The translations under genes were made by a program, and so were the position numbers. Positions 48,154 to 58,125 of a stretch of DNA of 64,000 bases are shown here, piece after piece; the first letter of the stretch is position 1; every line of letters starts with the position of its first letter. Under the pieces are notes generated by a model that worked only from the letters and a program-made list of their open reading frames with translations, ran no database searches and was not told the DNA's origin. Source of the DNA: Candidatus Moraniibacteriota bacterium (GTDB lineage Bacteria; Patescibacteriota; Minisyncoccia; Moranbacterales; UBA1568); assembly GCA_023261645.1 (NCBI GenBank), contig JAHFOO010000001.1, positions 181,047-245,046 of the forward strand, read 5' to 3'.

Positions 48154-48173
48154 TTTTTTTATACAGAACGACT

Positions 48174-48479
48174 ATGGCACTTGATCAAGAAGCACTCAAA
48201 AAAGAACTTATCGAAGCGTTTCATTTGGAAGGTGTTCCGGCAGACAAGCAAGAAGAGCTTCTTTCCAAGATAGGAGAAGCACTTCTTAAGCGGATTTTTC
48301 TCGAAACGATGGAAAAAATGGGGGACGAAAATGTGAAAGAGTATGAAGAACTGCTCGACAAAGAAGCGAAGCAAGAGGAACTGGAAGCGTTTTTCGAAAG
48401 CAAGATTCCAGGGTACAATATCTTTGTTCGTGGTGTGGTGACGAAATTCAAAGAAGAGTTGGCAGAAGGAGCGATGTAA
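48174..48479 (+). CDS. small acidic helical hypothetical protein (101 aa)
   Basis: ORF in operon context; short gaps to both neighbours. Confidence 0.5.
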   Translation: MALDQEALKKELIEAFHLEGVPADKQEELLSKIGEALLKRIFLETMEKMGDENVKEYEELLDKEAKQEELEAFFESKIPGYNIFVRGVVTKFKEELAEGAM

Positions 48480-48498
48480 TCAATTATCTTTCAGCATT

Positions 48499-48933
48499 AT
48501 GGCGGATGAAAAAATTGTAGGAGGAGAAGGCGGTGGTATTGTCGGTCAAGAAAGTATCTCCCCGATACAGGAAGAGAACGAGAGGCAATCAGGAATCTCT
48601 CCAGAACAAGGAGGGGAAGTGAAAGTCGAAGGGGCACAAGAACATATTGAAGGAAAATACAATGAAATTCTTTCAAAAGTGATACCTCAAACGACACCGA
48701 CTGACCAGTCTTCCGATGATCATCTTCTTGATGCGAAGAATATCGGCGCCACCTTAGATGAGGAGAGCAAGATTCAGAAGCTCGTCAATCTGGCCGAAGT
48801 CAGAGGTGTCGTCTATGCCGTCAAAGTCGCCCGTTCTTTGCAGGACTATTATGCACTTGATCGGATGCATGATGAATTGGTGGACAGACTGTATGATGGA
48901 CTTTTGGCGAAAGGTCTTATCAAAAAAGACTGA
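48499..48933 (+). CDS. hypothetical protein (144 aa)
   Basis: ORF in operon context. Confidence 0.5.
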   Translation: MADEKIVGGEGGGIVGQESISPIQEENERQSGISPEQGGEVKVEGAQEHIEGKYNEILSKVIPQTTPTDQSSDDHLLDAKNIGATLDEESKIQKLVNLAEVRGVVYAVKVARSLQDYYALDRMHDELVDRLYDGLLAKGLIKKD

Positions 48934-48975
48934 TATTCCCAAGAGAAAAATAAAACACACGATACCAATAAAAAA

Positions 48976-51474
48976 ATGATAGACTTCGATTTCAATGCTA
49001 TTTTTGTCCCGCTCACCTGGATGTTCGCGTCCGTTTCGATTTTGAGCGGGGTGTTTCTTGTCATTCGGAGTTTCCTCCGTTTTCGTTATCAGGTGAATCA
49101 ATCCGTAAATATGGATTTGGAAATGATTCGTGTGACACGGAAAGATGTTTCCGAAGGAGGACAACAGCAACAATCAAGTGCGGAAGTATGGAAGGAAGAG
49201 ATATTGGCGATGGAGCAATTGCTCTCATCTCTCACAACACTCAAACCGAGAGGCAATTTTTTGAGAAGTCTTTTTTTTGATACACCGACTATCGTCTTTG
49301 AAATCGCCAATCCGTCTTCGAGTGAAGAGATCTTTTTTTATCTTTCCATTCCGAAGCGTTTCCGTGAAAATGCAGAGAAACAGGTGCACAGCTTCTTCCC
49401 TCACGCGGTAATCGAGAAAGTAACGGATTACACTATTTTCTCTCCGGCGAGTCATACAGCCGTATCGGTGCTGGATCTGGCACACGGATACGCTCTTCCT
49501 CTTCGTACATATCGTACGGTGGATATTGATCCATTGAATGAAATATCGAATGCTCTCAGTAAATTGAATACCATTGAAGAAGGTGCTGCTATCCAAATTC
49601 TCCTTGCGCGGACGAATACGAGTTGGCGCAGTGAAGGAAAACGTATCGCTCAGAAGATGCAGGAAGGGAAACGCTTGAAGGATGCGAAGAATAATTCAGT
49701 TCTCTATGAAGTTTTTTCTACCATAGGAAAAGGTATGCTTGATATTTTGAGAGGCTCAAAGAAGGACAATAATATTTCGGATGAGAAAAAACAAGTGAAT
49801 CTGACTCCAGAAGAGCAGGAATTGGTGAAATCTATCGATCAGAAAGCCAATAAAGGGGCTTTTCGAGCCAATATTCGTCTGATCGCATCGGGAGCGACAC
49901 AGGAACGGGCGGAAGAGATTCTCGGACAAATGGAGAATGCGTTCGGGCAGTTTGAAAATCCTGAAGTGAATAATTTTCGTATTAAAAGACGTATCAAGGA
50001 AAAACAGTCTGTGTATGATTTCATCTTTCGAAATTTTGATGATGAAACGCAGATGATACTTACAGTGGAAGAGCTGGCGAGTATTTTTCATTTCCCGATA
50101 TCGACAACTGCTACACCAAAAATAAAGTGGTTGAAATCCGGAGCAGCTCCGCCACCGGTAAATATTCCGAAAGACGGTTTGCTTCTCGGATACAATGATT
50201 ATCGTGGAATGAAGACAGACATCCGTATCACGGAGAACGATCGGAGGCGACATATGTATGTCATCGGACAAACGGGAGTAGGGAAATCGGTCTTCTTGCA
50301 AGAGATGGCCAAAAAAGATGCCGCCTCAGGGAAAGGTTTCTGTTTCATCGATCCGCACGGTGATGCTATCGAAGATATTCTGACGTCCATTCCGAAAGAG
50401 CGTGCAGAGGACGTGATTTTGTTCGATCCGTCTGATACCGAGCGTCCGATCGGGCTCAATATGCTCGAATACGATCCAGCTCATCCGGAGCAGAAAACAT
50501 TTGTTATCAATGAAATGATCGGTATCTTCGATCAACTGTATGATTTGAAAGCAACCGGAGGTCCGATGTTCGAGCAGTATATGCGTAATGCGATGCTTCT
50601 TATAATGGAAGATCCTGACAGCGGATCGACCTTGATGGAAATTTCTAAGGTATTGGCAGATGAAGATTTCCGTAAATACAAGCTTTCCAAATGCAACAAC
50701 CCGATTGCCTACGATTTCTGGACGAAAGAAGCGGAGAAGGCAGGTGGTGAAGCCGCTCTTGCCAATATGGTGCCATACATCACATCTAAGCTCACGACGT
50801 TCATCTCAAACGATATGATGCGTCCGATTATCGCTCAGCAGAAGAGCACGCTCAACTTCCGTGAGATTATGGATGGAAAAAAGATCCTTCTTGTCAATCT
50901 CTCGAAAGGCAAGATTGGTGAAATCAATGCAAGACTTCTCGGAATGGTGATTGTCGGGAAAATCTTGATGGCAGCTCTTTCTCGTACGGACACGCCGGAA
51001 GATGAACGGACGGACTTCTATCTCTATATGGACGAATTCCAGAATGTCACGACGAACTCTATCGCGCAGATTCTCTCGGAGGCTCGCAAGTATCGGTTGG
51101 TACTGACGATGGCACATCAATTCATTGCCCAATTGAAAGAGGAGATTGCCAAAGCAGTATTCGGCAATGTCGGATCACTGGTATCTTTTCGTGTCGGTTC
51201 AGAAGACGCTGAATTTTTGGAAAAACAGTTTCTGCCGGTGTTTACTGCGCGTGACCTGATAAATGTGGACAATCGAAATTGTTTTGCTCGACTTTTGTTG
51301 AACAATGAACTCACCAAGCCGTTCAATATGAAAACCTATGCCCCGACCCACGGGAGCCAGGAGGTGGCCAATGCCCTCAAAGAACTCTCACGTCTTCGAT
51401 ATGGTCGTGATTCTGCCATCGTCAATCGCGAGATTATGAGCAGGATGAAACTTGCTGAGAAGCCCACTTTATAG
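48976..51474 (+). CDS. membrane-anchored P-loop ATPase resembling type IV secretion/conjugation ATPases (VirB4/TrbE or VirD4/TraG; AAA-like DUF87/TraG-D_C)
   Basis: N-terminal TM helix; Walker A VIGQTGVGKS at about residue 425; Walker B-like YLYMDEFQN followed by ARKYRLVLTMAHQFIAQL, the pattern seen in the VirB4/VirD4 families. Confidence 0.65.
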   Translation: MIDFDFNAIFVPLTWMFASVSILSGVFLVIRSFLRFRYQVNQSVNMDLEMIRVTRKDVSEGGQQQQSSAEVWKEEILAMEQLLSSLTTLKPRGNFLRSLFFDTPTIVFEIANPSSSEEIFFYLSIPKRFRENAEKQVHSFFPHAVIEKVTDYTIFSPASHTAVSVLDLAHGYALPLRTYRTVDIDPLNEISNALSKLNTIEEGAAIQILLARTNTSWRSEGKRIAQKMQEGKRLKDAKNNSVLYEVFSTIGKGMLDILRGSKKDNNISDEKKQVNLTPEEQELVKSIDQKANKGAFRANIRLIASGATQERAEEILGQMENAFGQFENPEVNNFRIKRRIKEKQSVYDFIFRNFDDETQMILTVEELASIFHFPISTTATPKIKWLKSGAAPPPVNIPKDGLLLGYNDYRGMKTDIRITENDRRRHMYVIGQTGVGKSVFLQEMAKKDAASGKGFCFIDPHGDAIEDILTSIPKERAEDVILFDPSDTERPIGLNMLEYDPAHPEQKTFVINEMIGIFDQLYDLKATGGPMFEQYMRNAMLLIMEDPDSGSTLMEISKVLADEDFRKYKLSKCNNPIAYDFWTKEAEKAGGEAALANMVPYITSKLTTFISNDMMRPIIAQQKSTLNFREIMDGKKILLVNLSKGKIGEINARLLGMVIVGKILMAALSRTDTPEDERTDFYLYMDEFQNVTTNSIAQILSEARKYRLVLTMAHQFIAQLKEEIAKAVFGNVGSLVSFRVGSEDAEFLEKQFLPVFTARDLINVDNRNCFARLLLNNELTKPFNMKTYAPTHGSQEVANALKELSRLRYGRDSAIVNREIMSRMKLAEKPTL

Positions 51475-51486
51475 AGGAATTTTGAA

Positions 51487-51513
51487 AAAGAACCTTTCTT
51501 GAGAGGTTTTTTT
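51487..51513. terminator. bidirectional terminator between convergent genes
   Basis: A-run, stem AACCT/AGGTT, T-run. Confidence 0.5.
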
Positions 51514-54006
51514 CTATGGTTCGAGATTGAATTTGAAAGAGAGGAGAGAATCTGACGTTGTCAGTAAGAATTCGCTTGTTTTCTCGTTTACGGTAATGCT
51601 TTTGGCCGAAGCGAATTGTTCGGAGAAATATTGAGCCAAGAGCATGCCATCTTGATTCCAGATGAGAACACGTTTGTTCTCCGCATCGAGAGCGTAGACA
51701 TTCGTGAGTCCGGGGTGAGTGAAAAGGCTTGTCAGAGAAAGTGGCGTAGTCGGAGATTCGAAATTTTTTATGAATTGGCCACGGAAGAATGCTGAAACAG
51801 TCGCTTTGTTCGGAGCGAGAAAAAGAGTTTCATTGATAGCCATCTGAGCCGTGTCTTCGATATCTACCGTATTTTTGAGCCAGGCTGATCCTGATTTGAA
51901 TCCACCCTCTGCTCGAGGAAAGCGATAAATCTGATCGGTGACGCTATCGAGGACATAGAGATAAGTGAGATAGGTGCCGATATCTTTCACGGTGGCATTT
52001 TCGGGCAACGAGAGGGTATTTTTCGTGAATGTATGATTGACAGGAGCGAATGCAAAAAGTTCATTTGTATCAGTATAGACAAAGATGAGACGTAAATCAT
52101 CCATCGGAGAAGCAAACTGTATTGTTCCGGCTTCGGGCGGTAACGAATAACGTTTGTTATCGTTTGTGTTTTGAATGGAGGTGGCGGTGACGAGGTATGT
52201 TTCATTGCCAAGAAGTATGGAAGTGACAAGAGCATCCTGCTCGGTGGCGATGACGAGAGGTGATGTTTCGAATACGTGAGCATTCTTTTCAGTTTCCAGG
52301 GGGAACGCTGATGTTTCAATCGAAGGTTGAGACGTTTCTGTAAGCGGAGGAGTATTTTTCGAAAATGATCGTGTCAATAGGACAAATCCTGTGATGAAAA
52401 GAACAAAAGAGAGGAAACTCAAGATGAGCGTGCGTCTTTGATAGCGTGAAGAAAGTGTTCTCAAAAAGGAAAAGAATGACTTGGTGACGGTTTTTGTTTG
52501 AGATGCTATGACATCCCAAACCATATGAAAGGAAGAGGGTATTTTTTTGGATACTTTTTGGGCAAGAGCAGATATGTTTGAATTTTCCGTCTGAAATCGC
52601 TTGATAGGAGAGGTTTCGACAGTGACTTGTGTTACGGTCGTGGCATTTTTTCGGTAGAAACGAGCGAGTTTCTCTTTCATAAAATCAGGGATATCTTCGT
52701 TCTTCTCTTCTGGGAGAGAAGAAACAGTTTCCGTTCTTTTCTCTGTGAAGGTCAATCGGGATTCGATGGTTTCTTCATATGGGGATGTCATAATCGCATC
52801 GGGGAGGACTTCCTTTTTGGTCTTCTGTGATATTTTCACCGAGCGAAGAGAAAAAAGAAGAGAAGAGACTTTGGATGCCGATGCGGTTGTTCCTTTCTGC
52901 CATTGCTTACGGAGAAGACGTGTTGTTTTTCGTGTTATGACAGCGCTCTTCTCTGCCAGAGTGTCAGAAAGGAGTAGTCCGTATTTTTTTCCTTTCCGTA
53001 TAAGTTTTTCTTGAGATGCAAAAAATGAGCTGAAAATATGGAGTAAATCCTGAGCTGAAAGTTTTGCTCGTTCGAGAATATGATGTTCAGGCGCTTCTCC
53101 TCTTGTCTCTCCCTGGATGAAAATATGTCCGGTTTTGGGGTCGACATACTCCTTCGGCTTTGAATGTTCTTCCTCTCTTTTTGGCAGTTGATCCGTATCC
53201 TTTGGTTCGACGTGCGAATCGAAAGCTTCCTTGCTGAAGATATTCTCGATGACTGCAGCGACTCTTCTTGTCTCTTTGTGCGGTTCTGGCATCGGAGCGC
53301 TTTCTTTGAGATCGACGATGAGAGAGCCTCCCATATTGAGTTCATTTACGAGGACTGTCCGTAGGAATTGAGCGAATTGATCCTTGTCCATACGGAGTGC
53401 GTTTTTTTCGAGGGCCTCGATTGAGAGCAGGTCGAGAAGTTCCGGTGAAGTGAGAATGATCTTATCTTCCAGCATCAGATGACCGCTTGAAATTTCAACG
53501 AATGTTTTGATGGGATGGATATTGGATTCAGGAGAGGCCAAGCCAGTGCTGATTTCTGAGATTTTTCCGCCTCGCAAGAGAAGAATCTCTGATTTTCCGG
53601 TGACAGAGAAATGAAGGTTATTTTTCTCCAGTACGCCAAGTGCTCCGTGGAAATTGCCCAGCCATGCGATATTGCCGTGTCTGACAAGTTCTGCGAGAGC
53701 GAGATTGACTTTGTGCAGAGCTGCTTCGAAACTCTCGATAGCGCCACGTCGTCCGTTGCTGAAGTACTCCTTTTTTGCGACAGATGCCAGGAAGTTGACG
53801 ATATAAGCTGAATCTTCACTTTGCTCCGCAATTTCAAAAACACCGATCAGAGAGCCAAGCGGACTTTTGGCGATGTTTTCACCACTGTAATTGAAAACCT
53901 TGACGAACGGTTCCACAGCACGTCCGTTTGCCACAAGAATTTCTGTTATGATCTTTTCCAATTCAACAGATCCCTTGATTTTTTCTTGGCGTTTTTTGTC
54001 CAGCAT
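51514..54006 (-). CDS. large membrane protein (830 aa): N-terminal cytoplasmic PP2C/SpoIIE-like domain (apparently catalytically degenerate), one TM helix near residue 530, C-terminal extracytoplasmic domain
   Basis: GVFEIAEQSEDSAY, GKSEILLLRGGKISEIS and EDKIILTSPELLDLL segments parallel PP2C motifs but lack the metal-binding Asp/Gly residues; TM RTLILSFLSFVLFITGFVLLT. Confidence 0.6.
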   Translation of the reverse strand: MLDKKRQEKIKGSVELEKIITEILVANGRAVEPFVKVFNYSGENIAKSPLGSLIGVFEIAEQSEDSAYIVNFLASVAKKEYFSNGRRGAIESFEAALHKVNLALAELVRHGNIAWLGNFHGALGVLEKNNLHFSVTGKSEILLLRGGKISEISTGLASPESNIHPIKTFVEISSGHLMLEDKIILTSPELLDLLSIEALEKNALRMDKDQFAQFLRTVLVNELNMGGSLIVDLKESAPMPEPHKETRRVAAVIENIFSKEAFDSHVEPKDTDQLPKREEEHSKPKEYVDPKTGHIFIQGETRGEAPEHHILERAKLSAQDLLHIFSSFFASQEKLIRKGKKYGLLLSDTLAEKSAVITRKTTRLLRKQWQKGTTASASKVSSLLFSLRSVKISQKTKKEVLPDAIMTSPYEETIESRLTFTEKRTETVSSLPEEKNEDIPDFMKEKLARFYRKNATTVTQVTVETSPIKRFQTENSNISALAQKVSKKIPSSFHMVWDVIASQTKTVTKSFFSFLRTLSSRYQRRTLILSFLSFVLFITGFVLLTRSFSKNTPPLTETSQPSIETSAFPLETEKNAHVFETSPLVIATEQDALVTSILLGNETYLVTATSIQNTNDNKRYSLPPEAGTIQFASPMDDLRLIFVYTDTNELFAFAPVNHTFTKNTLSLPENATVKDIGTYLTYLYVLDSVTDQIYRFPRAEGGFKSGSAWLKNTVDIEDTAQMAINETLFLAPNKATVSAFFRGQFIKNFESPTTPLSLTSLFTHPGLTNVYALDAENKRVLIWNQDGMLLAQYFSEQFASAKSITVNEKTSEFLLTTSDSLLSFKFNLEP

Positions 54007-54267
54007 ACTTTTTTGTTACCAAACCTTGTGCATCAGCGGATAAAGGAATAAATGAAGCAAACACCCGCATCTGTCCGAAGCCTCCGGAAAAGGTGAATAT
54101 GCTTTATTATACCACATCTACGGCCAGGAAGCTTTCTTCAAAACCAGGTGGTATTCCGTGCGAAAATGCTTGGGCAAGCGCTTTTGACTTTTCTTTCCTT
54201 TTTTCCTATACTTGAGGGAAGATGGAATGTCTTCATTGTTGGTATATTTCGTAACGATTGTAATCCT

Positions 54268-54873
54268 ATGTCCTTAGTTCTCTTTGATTCCTTGTTCGGA
54301 TCGAAAGCTCGTGCCCGTCTCATCCGTTTTTTTCTTCTCAATCCCGGGGTAGAATTTGGAACAGCGACTGTCGCCGAAAAGACGCTTATCTCAAAAATAG
54401 AAACGACACGCGAACTCGCCCGTCTTGCCAAGATGAGATTTGTCATTGAACACTCTCGTAAAGGGAGGAAACATTTTATTGTGAATGAGGATTTCCCTTT
54501 TCATACGGAGTTGAAAAGTCTTGTTTCGAAACTCAATGTACACGCGCAATCACAGGTATTTCGTAAGGTGAAAGTGATCGGAGAGGTGAAACTGATTCTT
54601 ATCAGTGGACTGTTCATCAACTACGCGAAAAGCAAAGTAGATATGATTCTCGTCGTGAATAATCTCAATCGGACCAAACTCAAGCATGCTATCACGCTTT
54701 TGGAAGCGGAAGTAGGCAAAGAGATCCGATTTGTATTGATGAACAGCGAAGAATTGCACTATCGTTTGAATATGCTTGATCGTTTCTTCATAGAATTCCT
54801 TGAGGGGCCATATGAAGAAGTATCAAATAAGGTGCCCGAACTCAAACGTTTCATTTCCGGATTGAAGAAGTAG
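54268..54873 (+). CDS. hypothetical protein with N-terminal winged-helix-like segment, possible C-terminal nucleotidyltransferase-like fold
   Basis: [18 protein letters not shown] resembles the recognition-helix regions of small wHTH regulators. ATG 54268 chosen over the upstream TM-like extension. Assignment is weak. Confidence 0.45.
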   Translation: MSLVLFDSLFGSKARARLIRFFLLNPGVEFGTATVAEKTLISKIETTRELARLAKMRFVIEHSRKGRKHFIVNEDFPFHTELKSLVSKLNVHAQSQVFRKVKVIGEVKLILISGLFINYAKSKVDMILVVNNLNRTKLKHAITLLEAEVGKEIRFVLMNSEELHYRLNMLDRFFIEFLEGPYEEVSNKVPELKRFISGLKK

Positions 54874-54896
54874 CCGTTCGTAACAAGAAAAAGCCT

Positions 54897-55982
54897 ATGA
54901 CTTCGTGGATAATGATCATTCTTCTGTTTTTGGTAGCCAGTCTCGTCTTGTGGCTGGTTTTTTCTTTGCGTGGACGAGAATCATCCGGAGAGGCTTCCAA
55001 ACTAGAAATGGAAAATATGAGCCGGCGTTTCGATACGGAACTTCATTCAGTTGCACATGCTTTCAATCAGCAACTCGCGAATTTTCAGCACACGCTGGAT
55101 AACCGTTTGGCGGATAATGGCAAGCGTCTCGATGATCGTCTCGATACGGCTGCCCGATCATATGCGGATGTACAGAAAGGGTTGGAGCAGATGCGCCATT
55201 CGAGCGAAAAAATACTTGAAGTCGGCAAAGAGGTTGCGTCGCTTCAAGAAATTTTGAAGGCTCCGAAAATCCGTGGCGGTTTCGGCGAATTGATGCTTCA
55301 GGATCTGCTTTCTCAGATGTTGCCCAAAGAGAACTTTGCCTTGCAGTATATGTTCAAGAGCGGTGAAGTCGTAGATGCTATTATCAAGCTCAAAGGAGGT
55401 ATGGTGAGCGTCGATTCAAAATTCCCTTTGGAAAATTTCAAGAAAATCATCACTGCCAAAACTGATGACGAGAAACGCATAGCACGGAAGCAATTCTATG
55501 CTGATGTGAAAAAACATGTCGATGCCATCGCCAACAAATACATCGTTCCCGAAGAAGGAACGCTTGATTTCGCGCTTATGTATATCCCGGCCGAGAATGT
55601 TTATTATGAGATTATCATCAAGGATGATGATGAACAGGGCCTGCTCGATTATCTGACACAGAAGCGCATTATGCCGGTATCACCGAATTCCTTTTACGCA
55701 TATATGAGAACGATCCTTTTTGGATTGCAGGGATTACAGATCGAGAAGAGAGCAAAAGAAATCATGGGGCAATTGGAGAAATTGGCTCGTGAACACGAGA
55801 AGTTCGAACAGGAATTCGACATACTTGGAAGTCATATCGGCAATGCTCATAAGAAATATGATGAAGCAGAAAAGCGTTTATTCAAAGTAACGAATCAACT
55901 CGAACACGCGCGTCTCGGAGTAGAACATGAAACCCCTGAATCTCTGCCAGCTCCTTTGGAGAAAGATTTTTCTTCTGTGTAA
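54897..55982 (+). CDS. rmuC: DNA recombination protein RmuC
   Basis: N-terminal TM, long coiled-coil, C-terminal [13 protein letters not shown] RmuC-domain motif. Confidence 0.8.
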   Translation: MTSWIMIILLFLVASLVLWLVFSLRGRESSGEASKLEMENMSRRFDTELHSVAHAFNQQLANFQHTLDNRLADNGKRLDDRLDTAARSYADVQKGLEQMRHSSEKILEVGKEVASLQEILKAPKIRGGFGELMLQDLLSQMLPKENFALQYMFKSGEVVDAIIKLKGGMVSVDSKFPLENFKKIITAKTDDEKRIARKQFYADVKKHVDAIANKYIVPEEGTLDFALMYIPAENVYYEIIIKDDDEQGLLDYLTQKRIMPVSPNSFYAYMRTILFGLQGLQIEKRAKEIMGQLEKLAREHEKFEQEFDILGSHIGNAHKKYDEAEKRLFKVTNQLEHARLGVEHETPESLPAPLEKDFSSV

Positions 55983-55988
55983 CGAAAT

Positions 55989-56396
55989 ATGATGGATACA
56001 AAAGACATACAGAGAGTGGATTGGGATATCACTATTGCCCAATCAGAGGGAGGGGTATCTTTCTTTGAAAACATGATCGTTCGAACACTTCTTGGAGTGA
56101 ATGCTTTCTTTTGCCTGGTGAGTTTCGGGTTACTCGGATATTTTATCAAGCCGACTGAAAATATCATCGTACTTCATTATAATATATATTTCGGAGTGGA
56201 TATTCAGGGTGTTTGGTGGCAGGTATTTATTCTTCCGATAGCAGGAATACTCTTTTTGATCGGACATACCTTCTTCGCACGCCGTTTTTATGATAGCTCT
56301 GAACGCATCGCTGCATATCTGATGCTTTTTGGCTCAGGATTGCTCAGTATCGGCATCGTACTGGCAAGTGTCAGTATTGTCTTCATTAATTATTGA
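55989..56396 (+). CDS. hypothetical small membrane protein (4 predicted TM helices)
   Basis: Hydrophobicity pattern only. Confidence 0.5.
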   Translation: MMDTKDIQRVDWDITIAQSEGGVSFFENMIVRTLLGVNAFFCLVSFGLLGYFIKPTENIIVLHYNIYFGVDIQGVWWQVFILPIAGILFLIGHTFFARRFYDSSERIAAYLMLFGSGLLSIGIVLASVSIVFINY

Positions 56397-56411
56397 TTTC
56401 TCTCAATACGT

Positions 56412-57455
56412 ATGTGGACAGAACTTTTTCTCACTCCGCTTGTCATCGCATTTACATTGACGACGGGATTCATACTTCTTTTTCTTCTCACGCCTCTTTT
56501 CAGGCGATCTGTTTGGAGGAAAGAGAAACGGCATGGTTATAAGAAAGCCATTTCTCGTCTTGGAGGCGTGGCAATGTTGATTGCTTTTTCATTTACTCTC
56601 TTCTTCGATACGCATCTCGTTTTGACACGGGAATTCTATGGATTGTTATTTGGGAGTGTATTCATATTCATTTTTGGATTATGGGACGATTTGAAGGAAC
56701 TTGGTTGGAAAATCCAGGTTTTTTTTCAAGTGGCTTTGACAGTATTCATCTTTATTTTCGGTATGCGTATCAGCTCCCTTCCTAATCCTTTCGGAGGCGT
56801 CTGGATCATCCCTCCCGATACTTTTATATTGCCGGGATTTCTTCTTCTCTTCGTATGGGTTTTTCTCGTAATGAACGCTATGAATTGGCTCGACGGACTT
56901 GATGGGCTTTGTGGGGGAGTTTCTCTTATTACTCTCGTGACCATCTTCTTGCTCAGTTTGAAACCGGAAGTCTATCAGCCTCCCATCGCTATTCTTGCGG
57001 TTATCGGCATAGGTGTCGTTATTGGATTTCTCTTTTTCAATATATATCCGGCACGTATTCTCGCAGGAACGGTCGGGTCGATGTTTCTGGGTTTTCTCGT
57101 CGCCACGCTCGCGGTCATCGCAGGTACGAAGATCGCCACAGCACTCCTTGTTTTATCGCTTCCTATCGTTGATGCGATGTTTGTCCTTTGGCAACGGTTA
57201 CGGGAAGGAACATCTCTGTTTCAACCGGACAAGCGTCATCTTCACTTCAAACTCTTAGAACTCGGCTGGTCTGAGCGACGTATTGCTTGGTTTTTCTTTC
57301 TTGTAACTGCTCTCATCGCGGTTATCGCTCTCTCTACGCAAGCCTTGGGGAAATTTGTCGCCTTGCTTCTGGTATCTTGTATCATTTTCGCTTTACTCTT
57401 CTTCGTGGATCGGAAAATACGCCTGAAAGAAAGACAGACGACTCTCAAACAATAA
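56412..57455 (+). CDS. polyprenyl-phosphate N-acetylhexosamine-1-phosphate transferase of the MraY/WecA (GT4 PNPT) family
   Basis: GLWDDLKEL and NAMNWLDGLDGL signature motifs; about 10 TM helices. Confidence 0.85.
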   Translation: MWTELFLTPLVIAFTLTTGFILLFLLTPLFRRSVWRKEKRHGYKKAISRLGGVAMLIAFSFTLFFDTHLVLTREFYGLLFGSVFIFIFGLWDDLKELGWKIQVFFQVALTVFIFIFGMRISSLPNPFGGVWIIPPDTFILPGFLLLFVWVFLVMNAMNWLDGLDGLCGGVSLITLVTIFLLSLKPEVYQPPIAILAVIGIGVVIGFLFFNIYPARILAGTVGSMFLGFLVATLAVIAGTKIATALLVLSLPIVDAMFVLWQRLREGTSLFQPDKRHLHFKLLELGWSERRIAWFFFLVTALIAVIALSTQALGKFVALLLVSCIIFALLFFVDRKIRLKERQTTLKQ

Positions 57456-57467
57456 AACCCCGCCGTT

Positions 57468-57487
57468 GCGGGGTTTTATGATATTTT
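57468..57487. terminator. rho-independent terminator (CCCCGC-CGTT-GCGGGG plus T-run)
   Basis: Perfect 6-bp GC stem flanked by an A-run and T-run; serves the convergent genes. Confidence 0.75.
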
Positions 57488-57525
57488 TCAATGAAAGGAA
57501 CGGTTCTTCTGTATTTCGGTTTGTG

Positions 57526-58125
57526 TTAGCGATAAGCGCTGACACGCGCAGAGTACTTCTTGAGATTTTGCAATTGTCTGTCATTGAGTGTTTTTGATTT
57601 CTCAATGCCTTGTTTGATGAGATCTTTCGAGAATTCAATCGATGTTTTCGTCGTTACTGCACCCTGAAAGCTAACATTTTTCTGGAGGTAGTCTTCAATA
57701 TACACCTTGTGTTCAGCAGTCAAAGATGAGTCAGTATTCTTTTCGAGGTAATGAGCGAGTGCACGGCGTGCCAAATGTGTTTTTCCGTTTCCACGTTCAG
57801 CCTGTTCGATAAAGGAAGTTTCGGTTTCACGACTCAATTCTGCGGTTACGATAACGTTGTTTTTTACTTCTGCCTTCACCGCATCTTGTGAACTCTTGTT
57901 TTCGACTTGAGTGGCATTATTTTCGCCACCCTTTGTTTCGAGAAGAATATTTGCATTGTTATCAGAGTTTATCGGCGTGCGCTGTGAATATGAGTAGATA
58001 CCCAGGGCAATCGCCGCAACAATGAATACACTCACGATGATACGGAGATTCTCCTGAACCCAAGCTTTTGCCTGATCAGAAGAAGATTCTTCGAATATAG
58101 GATCTTGTTGTTCCATTATTTTCAC
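57526..58125 (-). CDS. hypothetical bitopic membrane protein (199 aa)
   Basis: One TM helix (IIVSVFIVAAIALGIY); Asn/Lys-rich extracytoplasmic part. Confidence 0.5.
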   Translation of the reverse strand: MKIMEQQDPIFEESSSDQAKAWVQENLRIIVSVFIVAAIALGIYSYSQRTPINSDNNANILLETKGGENNATQVENKSSQDAVKAEVKNNVIVTAELSRETETSFIEQAERGNGKTHLARRALAHYLEKNTDSSLTAEHKVYIEDYLQKNVSFQGAVTTKTSIEFSKDLIKQGIEKSKTLNDRQLQNLKKYSARVSAYR

